Shown one piece after another: positions 16,439-26,552 of a DNA stretch of 64,000 nt; positions within the stretch are counted from its first letter, which is position 1; the number at the start of each line of letters is the position of its first letter. The DNA is from an uncultured Dehalococcoidales bacterium. Its GTDB lineage: Bacteria; Chloroflexota; Dehalococcoidia; Dehalococcoidales; E44-bin46. The stretch lies in contig CAZVIZ010000001.1 in NCBI GenBank assembly GCA_964627215.1, positions 6,635 through 70,634 of the forward strand, in the 5' to 3' direction. The notes beneath the pieces were generated by a model that was not told where the DNA came from, ran no database searches, and saw only the letters and a list, made by a program, of their open reading frames with translations. The position numbers and the translations under genes were made by a program.

Positions 16439-18037
16439 GTGAAGAGCGACTTTTTGCTGGCGATAACGCAGCTCTCGGCGGAGAAGAACCTCTCACGGGA
16501 GGTGGTGCTGGGCGCGGTGGAGGCCGCCCTGTCTTCGGCCTATCGCAAGGACAGCTTCGGCCCGGAGCAGGAGGTAACGGTCAAGATAGACCCCACTACA
16601 GGCAAAGTGAGGGTTTGGGTTAAGAAGACCGTGGTGAAGGGGAAGGCGGTGGACGTACACCAGGAGATATCCCAGGCCGATGCCAAGAAAATAAACCCCG
16701 ACGTTCAGGTGAATGACCTCATAGATGTGGAGGATACACCCCACGATGCCGGCCGCATAGCGGCCCAGACGGCCAAGCAGGTTATATTACAGCGACTTCA
16801 CGAGGCTGAGCACAGCGCCATACTGGGAGCGTATGCTGGCAAGGAGGGGGATATCATTCCCGGCTTGGTGCGGCGCATAGAGCCAAAGCAGATATTCATA
16901 GACCTGGGCAGGACGGAGGCCATACTGCCCGTGTCGGAACAGGTTCCCACGGAGAAATATCGGGTGGGGCAGAGGCTTCGAGTATACCTTCTGGAGGTAG
17001 CCAGGACCATAAAGGGTTCCAGGGTAGTTGTGTCTCGCTCCCACCCTGACATGTTGCGCCGATTGTTTGAGTTAGAGGTCCCCGAGGTCGCCAGCGGTAT
17101 AGTGGTTGTGAAGGCGGTGGCCCGCGAGGCTGGTTTCCGCAGCAAGGTGGCGGTGGCGGCTGCTCAGGAGGGCGTGGATCCGGTGGGCTGTTGCGTGGGC
17201 CTGCGCGGCATAAGGATACAGAACATCGTCGGTGAGCTTAACGGCGAGAAGATAGACGTAGTTGCTTGGAGCCCGGATCCGGTGGTGTTTATCACCAACA
17301 GCCTGAGCCCGGCCCAGGTGATGAGGGTGAAGTTGAGCGGTGACGAGGCCGTGGTGGTGGTGCCTGATAGGCAGCTCTCCCTGGCCATCGGCAAGGAGGG
17401 CCAGAACGTCCGCCTGGCGGCTAAACTGGCCGGGGTGCGTATAGATATAAAGAGCGCCTCCGCTGCCGCAGAAGAGATGCCAGTTGAGGAGGAACCCGAG
17501 GCCGTGGTGGAGGAGGCTGTTGTGGAGCCGACGCCGGAGGCGCCTGAGGCGCCTGTGGAGGGGGAGGCCCCGCCCATTCCGCCTGTGCCCGTAGAGGAGG
17601 GGGCAGAGGAGCCACAGGTCGTGGTGGAGGAAGAGCCGAAGCTTACACCTGTGCCGGTTACCCTGGAGGAGGATGCGAACAAGGGCAAGCCCGCGCTCCG
17701 CTTCGCCGAGGATATAATGGTTCCCTCCGCGCCCAAGGTCGCCCCCAAGGCCAAGAAGAAGAAGAAGAAGGCGGGACGAGTCAAGGCGCGCGCCGAGGAT
17801 GGTATCAGGATTAGGAAGGTACGCAGGGAGTCCAAGTCTGTTGACATAGACGAGGAACTAGGCGATGACATAGTCGAGGATGTGGGGGTTGGTGTGGGTG
17901 CCGAGGACGCCGAGGACGCCGAGGTCGCCGTGGACGCTGAGGTCACCGAGGATGCTGAGGTCGCCGAGGACGCTAAGGTTGCCGAGGACGCTGAGGTCGC
18001 CGAGGATGCTGAGGTTGCCGAGGAGGATGATGAGTAA
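16439..18037 (+). CDS. nusA: Transcription termination factor NusA with long acidic C-terminal extension
   Basis: GRIAAQTAKQ, S1 and KH domains, LSLAIGKEGQNVRLAAKL. Confidence 0.97.
   Translation: MKSDFLLAITQLSAEKNLSREVVLGAVEAALSSAYRKDSFGPEQEVTVKIDPTTGKVRVWVKKTVVKGKAVDVHQEISQADAKKINPDVQVNDLIDVEDTPHDAGRIAAQTAKQVILQRLHEAEHSAILGAYAGKEGDIIPGLVRRIEPKQIFIDLGRTEAILPVSEQVPTEKYRVGQRLRVYLLEVARTIKGSRVVVSRSHPDMLRRLFELEVPEVASGIVVVKAVAREAGFRSKVAVAAAQEGVDPVGCCVGLRGIRIQNIVGELNGEKIDVVAWSPDPVVFITNSLSPAQVMRVKLSGDEAVVVVPDRQLSLAIGKEGQNVRLAAKLAGVRIDIKSASAAAEEMPVEEEPEAVVEEAVVEPTPEAPEAPVEGEAPPIPPVPVEEGAEEPQVVVEEEPKLTPVPVTLEEDANKGKPALRFAEDIMVPSAPKVAPKAKKKKKKAGRVKARAEDGIRIRKVRRESKSVDIDEELGDDIVEDVGVGVGAEDAEDAEVAVDAEVTEDAEVAEDAKVAEDAEVAEDAEVAEEDDE
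17900..18026 (+). repeat. Degenerate 9/18-bp tandem repeat encoding (AEDAEV)n in the nusA tail
   Basis: About seven GCCGAGGAYGCYGAGGTY-like units. Confidence 0.85.
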
Positions 18038-18338
18038 CAGCCACCATATCCCTATGAGGACCTGTGTGGCATGCCGCGCCGTGGGTCCCAAGCGGGATAT
18101 GGTGCGTTTTATAAGGAACGCTGTGGGGGGTGTGGAGGCCGATGCCGAGGGATGTGGTGAGGGGCGCGGTGCTTACTTGTGCCGCAGTGCGGATTGCTGG
18201 CGGTTGGGTCTGAAGGGGGGGCGTCTGGCCCACTCGCTCAAGACCGAGATTACGGCTGATGACCGGCGGAGGCTTTGGAAATACGCAGAGATAATTCTAG
18301 GGGAGTTGATAGTTGGCAGAGGCAAAGAGGACCGTTAA
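18030..18338 (+). CDS. ylxR: YlxR (RnpM) family protein
   Basis: PMRTCVACR and GRGAYLC motifs; canonical position between nusA and infB. Confidence 0.9.
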   Translation: MSNSHHIPMRTCVACRAVGPKRDMVRFIRNAVGGVEADAEGCGEGRGAYLCRSADCWRLGLKGGRLAHSLKTEITADDRRRLWKYAEIILGELIVGRGKEDR

Positions 18339-20103
18339 CGGGGCCAAGGCACAATCACACGGCGAGGACGCCGTAGAGATAGAATCCAGGCTTTCGGTGA
18401 GACAGTTCGCCGAGGTTATGGGGGTGGAGCCCGTAAACGTCATCAAGCAGTTGATGCGGCGCGGCATCATGGCCAACATCAACCAGATTATAGACTTCGA
18501 GGTGGCCACTGCCCTGGCCGATGAGATGGGCTGTAAGGTGGTTTTGAAACGCCGCGCTGGCAAGAAGGCGGAGGCCAAGAAGCAGGCCGCAGCCAAGGGG
18601 GAGGGGGGTGGCAAGTCTCTGCCCCGACCGCCCGTGGTGACCATTATGGGTCATGTGAACCACGGCAAGACCAAGCTCCTTGACGCCATCAGGGAGGCCA
18701 ACGTGGTGGATACCGAGGCGGGAGGCATTACCCAGCATATAGGTGCCTACCAGGTGGAGGTGAGCGGGAAGAAGATAACCTTTCTGGATACGCCCGGGCA
18801 CGAGGCCTTTACAGCCATGCGGGCCAGGGGGGCGCAGGTGACCGATATCGTGATACTGGTGGTGGCCGCTGATGATGGCGTTATGCCTCAGACCAGGGAG
18901 GCCATAGACCATGCCCGCGCCGCCGGCGTGCCCATTATGGTGGCTATAAACAAGATAGATAAACCCGGGGTCAACCCGGATGTGGTTAAGCAGCAACTAG
19001 CTGATGCGGGGCTCATGGTGGAGGAGTGGGGCGGCGATGTGATAACAGCCGCCGTATCGGCCAAGGAGAGGATGGGCATATCGGAGCTGTTGGAGAGCCT
19101 TCTCCTGGTGGCGGAAATGGAGGAGCTTACGGGCGACCCTACCCAAAGCGCGACCGGGGTGGTTATAGAGGCTGAGCTGGATAAAACAAAGGGGCCTCTG
19201 GCCACTTTTCTTATGCAGGCTGGAACGCTTAAGGTGGGCGATATCGTAGTTGTAGGCACCACCTGGGGGCGGATTAAAGCAATGTTCAACGATAAGGGCA
19301 AGCGGGTGAGGAAGTCCGAGCTGGCGGCGCCTGTGAAGATATTAGGCCTGGCCGCAGTGCCCCAGGTGGGCGATGTGCTGTCCGTCGCGGCCAGCGAGCG
19401 CCATGCCCAGGCCCTCAGCGAGCAGCGTAGCCAGGAGAAGCGGCAGGAGTCCCAGGCGGTGAGCCTGGGCAACCTCTACGACCAGATAAGCGCCGGCAAG
19501 GTGAAGGAACTTAACTTGGTGTTGAAGACCGATGTTCAGGGCAGCCTGGAGCCGATAAAGACGTCCCTGGAGCAACTGGGGGACGGCGAGGTGAAGGTGA
19601 GGGTGGTACACAGCGACACCGGCAACGTCACCAAGAGCGACGTGATGCTGGCCGCCGCCTCCAAGGGCATCGTAATCAGCTTCGGCACCGGCAGTGAGCC
19701 GGGCGCTCAGCGCCTGGCCGAGGTGGAGGGGGTGAGCATCCGCTCCTATAAGGTGATATACGAGTTGGTGGATGACGTGGAGAAGGCGCTCAAAGGACTA
19801 CTGGAGCCCGTATTCGTGGAGGTGGTGGAGGGTCGCGCCGAGGTCAGGGCGGTGTTCTCCGCCGGCAAGAAGGTCAAGGTGGCCGGCGCCTTTATAGCCG
19901 AGGGCAAGGCGAGGGCAGGCTCTCAGATTAGGGTGTGGCGGGGCAAGGAGTGCGTATGCGAGTCCGTGGTCGGAAGCCTCCGGCGCTTCAAGGACAACGT
20001 AAGGGAGGTGGCCTCCGGCTACGAGTGCGGTGTGGGGGTGGAAGGATTCAACAACTTTGAGGTTGGCGATATACTGGAGTTCTTCAAGCAGGAACAGAAG
20101 TAA
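18313..20103 (+). CDS. infB: Translation initiation factor IF-2
   Basis: [38 protein letters not shown]. Confidence 0.98.
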   Translation: MAEAKRTVNGAKAQSHGEDAVEIESRLSVRQFAEVMGVEPVNVIKQLMRRGIMANINQIIDFEVATALADEMGCKVVLKRRAGKKAEAKKQAAAKGEGGGKSLPRPPVVTIMGHVNHGKTKLLDAIREANVVDTEAGGITQHIGAYQVEVSGKKITFLDTPGHEAFTAMRARGAQVTDIVILVVAADDGVMPQTREAIDHARAAGVPIMVAINKIDKPGVNPDVVKQQLADAGLMVEEWGGDVITAAVSAKERMGISELLESLLLVAEMEELTGDPTQSATGVVIEAELDKTKGPLATFLMQAGTLKVGDIVVVGTTWGRIKAMFNDKGKRVRKSELAAPVKILGLAAVPQVGDVLSVAASERHAQALSEQRSQEKRQESQAVSLGNLYDQISAGKVKELNLVLKTDVQGSLEPIKTSLEQLGDGEVKVRVVHSDTGNVTKSDVMLAAASKGIVISFGTGSEPGAQRLAEVEGVSIRSYKVIYELVDDVEKALKGLLEPVFVEVVEGRAEVRAVFSAGKKVKVAGAFIAEGKARAGSQIRVWRGKECVCESVVGSLRRFKDNVREVASGYECGVGVEGFNNFEVGDILEFFKQEQK

Positions 20104-20132
20104 CATATGCGCCTCCGTCAGGGGGTACGATT

Positions 20133-20495
20133 ATGACTCATCGCATCGAGCAGGTTAACAAGCTACTGCGTCGTGAGATAAGCGAGCTTATCAGACGCGA
20201 GGCCAAGGACCCACGTTTGAATGACTTTGTTGCCATCACTGATGTGGATACCTCCGGTGACCTAAGGCATGCCAAGGTCTTCGTGAGCTATATAGGCGCC
20301 AGCAAAGATAAGGCTGATATACTCCAGGCGCTCGGCGGCGCCTCGGGATTCCTGCGCAAAGAGCTTTCAAATCGCCTTAAGCTGAGGCGTATTCCCCAGT
20401 TGAGCTTTCTCTGGGACGACTCCATAGAGAGAGGCACTCATTTATTGGAGCTTATAGACAAGGTTAGCAGAGGAGGTGATTCCAATTGCGAATAG
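20133..20495 (+). CDS. rbfA: Ribosome-binding factor A
   Basis: KDPRL, DLRHAKVFVS, RRIPQLSF..D.SIERG. Confidence 0.95.
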   Translation: MTHRIEQVNKLLRREISELIRREAKDPRLNDFVAITDVDTSGDLRHAKVFVSYIGASKDKADILQALGGASGFLRKELSNRLKLRRIPQLSFLWDDSIERGTHLLELIDKVSRGGDSNCE

Positions 20496-21682
20496 AGGGT
20501 ACTAGGAATATAGAGCGCATCGGCTCGGTGACGATAAGAGACGTGCAGAGGGTGCTGGAGCTTGACTCCGGCAAGGCCAAGCGGCTCTTACCAGGTGACA
20601 CGAGCGCGGTTCAGCAGATAAGCCAGGATGCCATCAAGGCCCTGGAGAGGAAGATGGCAATCGTAATCCCTACCAAGGACGAGAAGTTCAAGCTGTTCGA
20701 CGGGGTTATGAGCGGCGTTCCCCACGAGTGCTTGATAGTCGTCGTCTCAAACAGCCGCCGTCGGCGGGTGGACCATTTTAGGATGGAGCGGGACACCCTG
20801 GAACAGTTCTGCCGTTCTACCCAGCGCTGTGCCTTTATGATTCACCAGAAGGATCCGGTGCTGGCCCGGGCGTTGGTGGCCGCCGGCTATCCTGACCTTT
20901 TGGATGAGAACGGCCTCGTGCGGGACGGTAAGGCCGAGGGCATGGTGGTTTCTATGATTATAGCCATGATGCTTAAAAAGCAGTACGTGGGCTTTATAGA
21001 TGCGGACAACTACTTCCCAGGGGCGGTGTGGGAATACGTCAAGTGTTACGCCAGCGGCTTTGCTATGTCCAACTCTCCCTATGCTATGGTGCGGGTGCAG
21101 TGGCGCTACAAGCCCAAGATGACGCGGGGGATATACTTCAAGAAGTGGGGACGCGTGTCCCAGATAACCAATAAGTGCATGAACACCCTCATATCCAACC
21201 GCACCAGGTTCGAGAGCGAGATTATAAAGACGGGCAACGCCGGCGAGCATGCCATGACGTTGAAGCTGGCTCGGGCACTGCCCTATGCCTCCGGCTATGC
21301 CGTGGAGCCCCAGGAGCTGGTATCAATCCTGGAGATGTACGGCGACCTGCTGCCCGCAGCCAGGTCCAAAGAGGCCAAGCGGGGTGTGGAGGTGCTGCAG
21401 ATAGAGACCAGGAATCCCCACCTCCACGAGGACAAGGGGAGCCAGCACCTGAAGGGGATGCTGGCCTCTGGCCTGGGCTCTCTGTATTACTCCGATATAT
21501 GCGGCAAGGTAACCAAGGAGGTTATCCTGGAAGAACTCCTTAAGCAGGAGGCTATCGAGGAGGGCGAGAAGCCGCCTCGGCCCCGCATCTACCCTCCGCT
21601 TAAAAAGCTGGATCTGGGCCGCTTCACCGAGGTTATTCAGGAGAACGTGGGGCAGTTCTACCTCCCCGAGGAGAAGAAGTAA
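20486..21682 (+). CDS. mpgS: Mannosyl-3-phosphoglycerate synthase
   Basis: VQRVLELDSG, VRDGKAEGM, GFIDADNYFPG, W.YKPK, TGNAGEHAM, NPHLHE. Confidence 0.93.
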   Translation: MRIEGTRNIERIGSVTIRDVQRVLELDSGKAKRLLPGDTSAVQQISQDAIKALERKMAIVIPTKDEKFKLFDGVMSGVPHECLIVVVSNSRRRRVDHFRMERDTLEQFCRSTQRCAFMIHQKDPVLARALVAAGYPDLLDENGLVRDGKAEGMVVSMIIAMMLKKQYVGFIDADNYFPGAVWEYVKCYASGFAMSNSPYAMVRVQWRYKPKMTRGIYFKKWGRVSQITNKCMNTLISNRTRFESEIIKTGNAGEHAMTLKLARALPYASGYAVEPQELVSILEMYGDLLPAARSKEAKRGVEVLQIETRNPHLHEDKGSQHLKGMLASGLGSLYYSDICGKVTKEVILEELLKQEAIEEGEKPPRPRIYPPLKKLDLGRFTEVIQENVGQFYLPEEKK

Positions 21683-21706
21683 CCGCCCCTTCCCCTTTAT
21701 TTAGCT

Positions 21707-22528
21707 ATGAGCCAACCTACTGCCAAACTGGTGGTCTTTACCGACCTGGACGGTACCATGTTGGACCCCGTCACCTATGCCTACGATGAGGTCTTGCCTG
21801 CTCTCAATGCCCTTGCGGCAGGCGGAGTGCCGGTGGTGTTCTGCTCCCATAAGACCAGAGCCGAGCAGGAGGTATACCGCCTTAAACTGGGTGTTAGGGA
21901 CCCTTTTATCGTTGAGAACGGTGGCGCGGTGTTCGTCCCTTGCGGGTATTTCCCAGTGGATTTCGATTATGACAGGCAGGAGGGTGGATACCGGGTTATA
22001 GAGTTGGGAATACCCTACGCCGATATCCGCCGAGCCTTGGAGAAGATAAGGAGCGAGACGGGGGTGGACCTTTGTGGGTTCGGTGATATGACCGCCGCGG
22101 AGGTGGCTGCCGACGCTGGCCTCAGCGTTGAGGCGGCGGGGCTTGCCAAGCAGAGGGAGTATGACGAGACGGTTATACCGCTTGCCGACGAGGCGGATAT
22201 GAAGGCGGTGCTGGCGGCTATCAAGCGCGTTGGTTTGAACTATACCCACGGTGGACGTTACTATGGAGTGATGGGGGATAACGATAAGGGCAGGGCTGTG
22301 GGCATACTCACCGGCCTCTTCCGCTGTGGGGTGGAGGAGTTAGAGACGGTGGGCATCGGTGACAGTCAGAACGACGCTCCTATGCTTAAGGCTGTGGATC
22401 GGCCCTTCCTGGTGCAGAGGCCCGGCGGGCGCTGGGAGGATATAGATGTACCGAACTTGAAGCGGGTTGAGGGTGTAGGGCCGCTGGGGTGGGTGAAGGT
22501 TATCGAGGGGCTTTTGGGTGGGGGATAA
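21707..22528 (+). CDS. mpgP: Mannosyl-3-phosphoglycerate phosphatase (HAD IIB)
   Basis: FTDLDGT, PFIVENG, REYDE, GGRY, DKGRAV, GDSQND, GPLGW. Confidence 0.92.
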   Translation: MSQPTAKLVVFTDLDGTMLDPVTYAYDEVLPALNALAAGGVPVVFCSHKTRAEQEVYRLKLGVRDPFIVENGGAVFVPCGYFPVDFDYDRQEGGYRVIELGIPYADIRRALEKIRSETGVDLCGFGDMTAAEVAADAGLSVEAAGLAKQREYDETVIPLADEADMKAVLAAIKRVGLNYTHGGRYYGVMGDNDKGRAVGILTGLFRCGVEELETVGIGDSQNDAPMLKAVDRPFLVQRPGGRWEDIDVPNLKRVEGVGPLGWVKVIEGLLGGG

Positions 22529-22534
22529 GCGGAT

Positions 22535-23413
22535 ATGAACGGCATATTCAATATAGATAAGCCCGTGGGTATGACCTCGTTCGCAGTGGTGGCTAGGGTG
22601 AGGCGATTGAGCGGCGAGCGACGTGTGGGACATGGCGGTACCCTGGACCCACGCGCCGGTGGCGTGCTGCCGGTATTGCTGGGCGATGGCACTAGGCTTA
22701 CCGAGTTCCTTGCCGAGGCCGATAAGACCTATCTTGCCCTTGTTGAGCTGGGGGTCTCCACCGATACCTACGACGGCGAGGGCCGAGTCACCGCAAGTTG
22801 TGACCCCTCCGGGATAGAAAAGAAGCATCTGGAACAGGCGCTCAAGGAGTTCAGCGGCGAGATACTTCAGGAGCCGCCCATGTATAGCGCCGTTAAGCAT
22901 AAGGGCAAGCGTCTCTACGAGCTGGCCCGCGCTGGTGTGGAAGTGGAGCGGAAACCCCGCCCTGTAACAGTCCGCAGTATAGCCATAAAGGGGTGGCAGT
23001 CCCCCCTGCTCACCATGGAGGTGGTGTGTGGCAAGGGCACCTATATTCGTTCCCTGGCACACGACCTGGGCGCATCTCTGGGCTGCGGCGCTTACCTGAA
23101 GGAGCTTACTAGAACGGTATATGGCCCCTTTGATATAAAAGATGCCGTGGCGCTTGGTGACCTGGAGGCGGCCTTCGCTGACGGCACCTGGGAGCGCTAC
23201 CTTAAGCCCATAGATACGGTGCTGGGGGGTTGGGGGCGGGTGGAGGTAGATGGCGAAGCGGAGAGGGTTATACGGGACGGCGGTTACCTGAAGCTTTCCC
23301 AGGCCGACCCCGCCGCTGGGTGCCTGGCAGCCTACGGTGGCGGTGCCCTGCTGGCGCTACTTAGCTACGACGAGGAGAAGGGGAAGTGGCATCCGGATAA
23401 GGTGTTTCTCTGA
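22535..23413 (+). CDS. truB: tRNA pseudouridine55 synthase
   Basis: DKPVGMTS, GHGGTLDP, PPMYSA, GTYIRSLA. Confidence 0.97.
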   Translation: MNGIFNIDKPVGMTSFAVVARVRRLSGERRVGHGGTLDPRAGGVLPVLLGDGTRLTEFLAEADKTYLALVELGVSTDTYDGEGRVTASCDPSGIEKKHLEQALKEFSGEILQEPPMYSAVKHKGKRLYELARAGVEVERKPRPVTVRSIAIKGWQSPLLTMEVVCGKGTYIRSLAHDLGASLGCGAYLKELTRTVYGPFDIKDAVALGDLEAAFADGTWERYLKPIDTVLGGWGRVEVDGEAERVIRDGGYLKLSQADPAAGCLAAYGGGALLALLSYDEEKGKWHPDKVFL

Positions 23414-23553
23414 CCTTGAGTGCGAGCGACCTTGACAGCATACATATAATATAGGGGTGGGTGGGAATGTGGTAGTGGTATAATGATTTAGACATTTTTG
23501 CTGAGGCGTTTCTTTAAGAGTTAATAAGGACGCTTTTTCTAGGAAGGAAGGAG

Positions 23554-24651
23554 TTGGCTTTGGGTAAGGTAAACGTAGCCATAATAGGGGTGGGCAACTG
23601 CGCTTCCTCTTTGGTGCAGGGGGTTCACTTCTACAAGAAGGCGAAGGATACGGAGTTCGTCCCCGGTCTTATGCATGTGAACCTGGGGGGGTATCATATA
23701 AGTGATATCAACTTCGTGGCTGCCTTTGATATTGATAAGAACAAGGTGGGTAAAGACCTGGCCCAGGCCGTCTTTACCTCGCCCAACAATACTTACAAGT
23801 TCACCGACGTGCCTCCCTCGGGGGTGAAGGTCAGCCGCGGCATGACCCACGACGGTTTGGGCAAATACCTGTCTCAGGTTATTCAGAAGGCCCCCGGCTC
23901 CACGGAGGACATCGTCAAGATACTGAAGGATACCAAGACCGACGTGGTGCTTAACTATCTGCCTGTGGGCAGCGAGGAGGCCACTAAGTGGTATATAGAG
24001 CAGGTGCTCGCCGCCGGCTGCGGCCTCATCAACTGCATACCCGTATTCATCGCCCGCGAGAAGTATTGGCAGAAGCGCTTTGAGGAGAAGGGGCTTCCTG
24101 TCATAGGCGACGACATCAAGTCCCAGGTGGGTGCTACCATAGTCCATCGCGTGCTCACCAGGCTGTTCGGCGACCGCGGCGTGAAGATGGAGCGCACCTA
24201 CCAGCTCAACTTTGGCGGCAATACGGACTTTTTGAACATGCTGGAGAGGGAGCGGCTGGAGTCCAAGAAGATATCCAAGACCAGCGCTGTGACCTCACAG
24301 ATAGACTACAAGCTTCCCGCCGAGGATGTACACGTGGGCCCTAGCGACTACGTGCCATGGCTCAATGACCGCAAATTCTGCCATATCCGCATGGAGGGGC
24401 GCACCTTCGGCGACGTGCCCCTGAACCTGGAGCTTAAACTTGAGGTTTGGGACAGCCCCAACTCGGCGGGGGTGGTTATAGATGCCATAAGGTGCTGTAA
24501 GCTGGCCCTTGACCGGGGCCTCAAGGGGGCGCTCACTGCCCCGTCGTCCTACTTCATGAAATCGCCGCCGGTGCAATACACCGACGACGACGCCCGCCGC
24601 CGCGTGGATGAGTTTATCGTCTCCACGCCCAAGGTGGAAGGTGGGGGGTGA
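23554..24651 (+). CDS. ino1: myo-inositol-1-phosphate synthase
   Basis: [37 protein letters not shown]. Confidence 0.96.
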   Translation: MALGKVNVAIIGVGNCASSLVQGVHFYKKAKDTEFVPGLMHVNLGGYHISDINFVAAFDIDKNKVGKDLAQAVFTSPNNTYKFTDVPPSGVKVSRGMTHDGLGKYLSQVIQKAPGSTEDIVKILKDTKTDVVLNYLPVGSEEATKWYIEQVLAAGCGLINCIPVFIAREKYWQKRFEEKGLPVIGDDIKSQVGATIVHRVLTRLFGDRGVKMERTYQLNFGGNTDFLNMLERERLESKKISKTSAVTSQIDYKLPAEDVHVGPSDYVPWLNDRKFCHIRMEGRTFGDVPLNLELKLEVWDSPNSAGVVIDAIRCCKLALDRGLKGALTAPSSYFMKSPPVQYTDDDARRRVDEFIVSTPKVEGGG

Positions 24652-24682
24652 CTGACGCATAAAAAAGGATTAAAATTAAGGT

Positions 24683-25891
24683 ATGAAGATAGCGCTGGTT
24701 TGTCCGTATGACTTCTCCCACCCCGGGGGCGTGGCCAATCACATCACCTCGCTGGAGCGCCAGTTGACCCGTATGGGTCAGGAGGTCAAGATTATCTCGC
24801 CCGCCTCCGAGGAGGTAACCGCTTTCGGGAACAGGTTCATAAGCCTGGGCAAGCCTCTTCCCATACCCTCCAGCGGCTCCATCGCCCGGGTGTCGGTATC
24901 GCCCTGTCTCCGCCCCCGCCTGGATGACTTGCTGGAGGAGGAGAAGTTCGACGTAGTGCACCTGCACGAGCCGCTTATGCCCACGGTGTGTACAAGCGTC
25001 TTGAAGCTATCCAACACGGCCAATATAGGCACCTTCCATGCCTACGACGGCAACCCCGGCTACAGGCTCTTCTGGCCCCTTGGACCCTACCTGCTCAGGG
25101 TGCTGATTAAGCGCCTGGATGGCAGGGTAGCCGTGTCCGAGCCGGCACGCAGCTTCGCCGCCGAGCACTTCCCGGGCAAATATGACATCATACCCAACGG
25201 CGTGGACACCGGCCAATTCTCGCCGGACGTAGAACCCATAGAGGAACTCTGCGACGGCAGGCTTAACATACTCTTCGTGGGCCGCCAGGAGCGGCGCAAG
25301 GGCGCTGACTACCTGCTCAAAGCCTATAAGTGGATTAAGCGCGAGGTGCCCCATTCCAGGCTCATCTTCGTGGGGCCGGGCACCAGACTAAAAAATAAAT
25401 ACGGGGGTTGGATAAGGCAGAACGGGCTGGACCAGGATATTGTCTTCGCGGGGCTTGTGAAGCAGAGCGACCTGCCCCGTTATTATAGGAGCGCCCACGT
25501 GTTTTGTGCTCCGGCCACCGGCTGCGAGAGCTTCGGCATCGTTCTCTTGGAGGCCATGGCCTGCGGCGTGCCGGTGGTGGCCTCACAGATAGACGGCTAC
25601 TCCAGGGTGATGACGGATAACGTAGAGGGTTTGCTGGTGCCCCCCAAGAGCGAGGACACGCTGGCCCGAGTCGTGGTTAAGCTGCTCCGCGACGAGCCGC
25701 TAAGACAGCACCTGGGGATGGGTGGCGTGGCCAAGGCGGCCAAGTATGACTGGAAGATAATTGCCCATCGTTTGCGTAACTATTACATCCAGGCGCGCAG
25801 AAGGGTTCAGGAGAAGGAGGAGTGCACCTTCGGCTTCCTGGCCAAGGATGCGTTCAATAAAGCCTTGTCTCAGAGAACCAGGCTTTCATGA
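24683..25891 (+). CDS. GT4 glycosyltransferase, PimA-like phosphatidylinositol mannosyltransferase
   Basis: VCPYD..PGGV, HLHEP, GTFH, ESFGIVLLEAMA; located between ino1 and pgsA. Confidence 0.8.
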   Translation: MKIALVCPYDFSHPGGVANHITSLERQLTRMGQEVKIISPASEEVTAFGNRFISLGKPLPIPSSGSIARVSVSPCLRPRLDDLLEEEKFDVVHLHEPLMPTVCTSVLKLSNTANIGTFHAYDGNPGYRLFWPLGPYLLRVLIKRLDGRVAVSEPARSFAAEHFPGKYDIIPNGVDTGQFSPDVEPIEELCDGRLNILFVGRQERRKGADYLLKAYKWIKREVPHSRLIFVGPGTRLKNKYGGWIRQNGLDQDIVFAGLVKQSDLPRYYRSAHVFCAPATGCESFGIVLLEAMACGVPVVASQIDGYSRVMTDNVEGLLVPPKSEDTLARVVVKLLRDEPLRQHLGMGGVAKAAKYDWKIIAHRLRNYYIQARRRVQEKEECTFGFLAKDAFNKALSQRTRLS

Positions 25892-26496
25892 CGGAACTAC
25901 CCCAGCTTCGCAGCCGAGCCTCCAAGCGTATCACCGCGTCGGCTGTTAGATCTCTGGCCCGGGCGCATTTCACCCCTGATGGACTCACCTGGCTGGGCTT
26001 CGGACTCGGACTTGCTGCGGCTGGACTCATTGCCGGTGGTCATCCCTTTATCGCTGGCTTCGTGATCGTTGGCGCCGGCTTCTGCGATATGCTGGACGGA
26101 GCGCTGGCTCGCTATACGGGAGCCGTCACTAAGATGGGCGCCATTTTAGATTCCACAATAGACCGTGCCCAGGAATCGGCTCTTATGGTGGGCATCGTCA
26201 TCTACTATATGCTTTTTGCTGGTATGCCCTTCGTGGGCATACTTCTGGCCTCCCTGGCCTTGGTGTCCTCGCTTATGGTGAGTTATATGAGGGCGCGGGG
26301 GGAGGCGATGGGGCTTGAGTGCAAGGTGGGTATATTCACCCGCCCCGAGAGGGTTATAACCCTTGCAGTGGGCCTTTTGGCCCTGCCGTTCATGGCCTCC
26401 TCGCTCACGATCGCCCTGGGCGTTATTGTCGGGTTCAGCTTCGCCACCGTGGGGCAGAGATTCGCTCACTTAAGGCGCCAGCTTAAGGGGGGCTGA
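25888..26496 (+). CDS. pgsA: CDP-alcohol phosphatidyltransferase (phosphatidylinositol phosphate synthase-like)
   Basis: DMLDGALAR..G..LDSTIDR, VSYMRARGE, RPER. Confidence 0.85.
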   Translation: MTELPQLRSRASKRITASAVRSLARAHFTPDGLTWLGFGLGLAAAGLIAGGHPFIAGFVIVGAGFCDMLDGALARYTGAVTKMGAILDSTIDRAQESALMVGIVIYYMLFAGMPFVGILLASLALVSSLMVSYMRARGEAMGLECKVGIFTRPERVITLAVGLLALPFMASSLTIALGVIVGFSFATVGQRFAHLRRQLKGG

Positions 26497-26552
26497 TATT
26501 TTCGCTTTTATAAATCCGGCGGATATGGTATAAGATTGGGGGTTGATAGTCA

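Noticed and set aside
17900-18026. CRISPR-like repeat
   Set aside because: In-frame coding tandem repeat without spacers; no cas genes.
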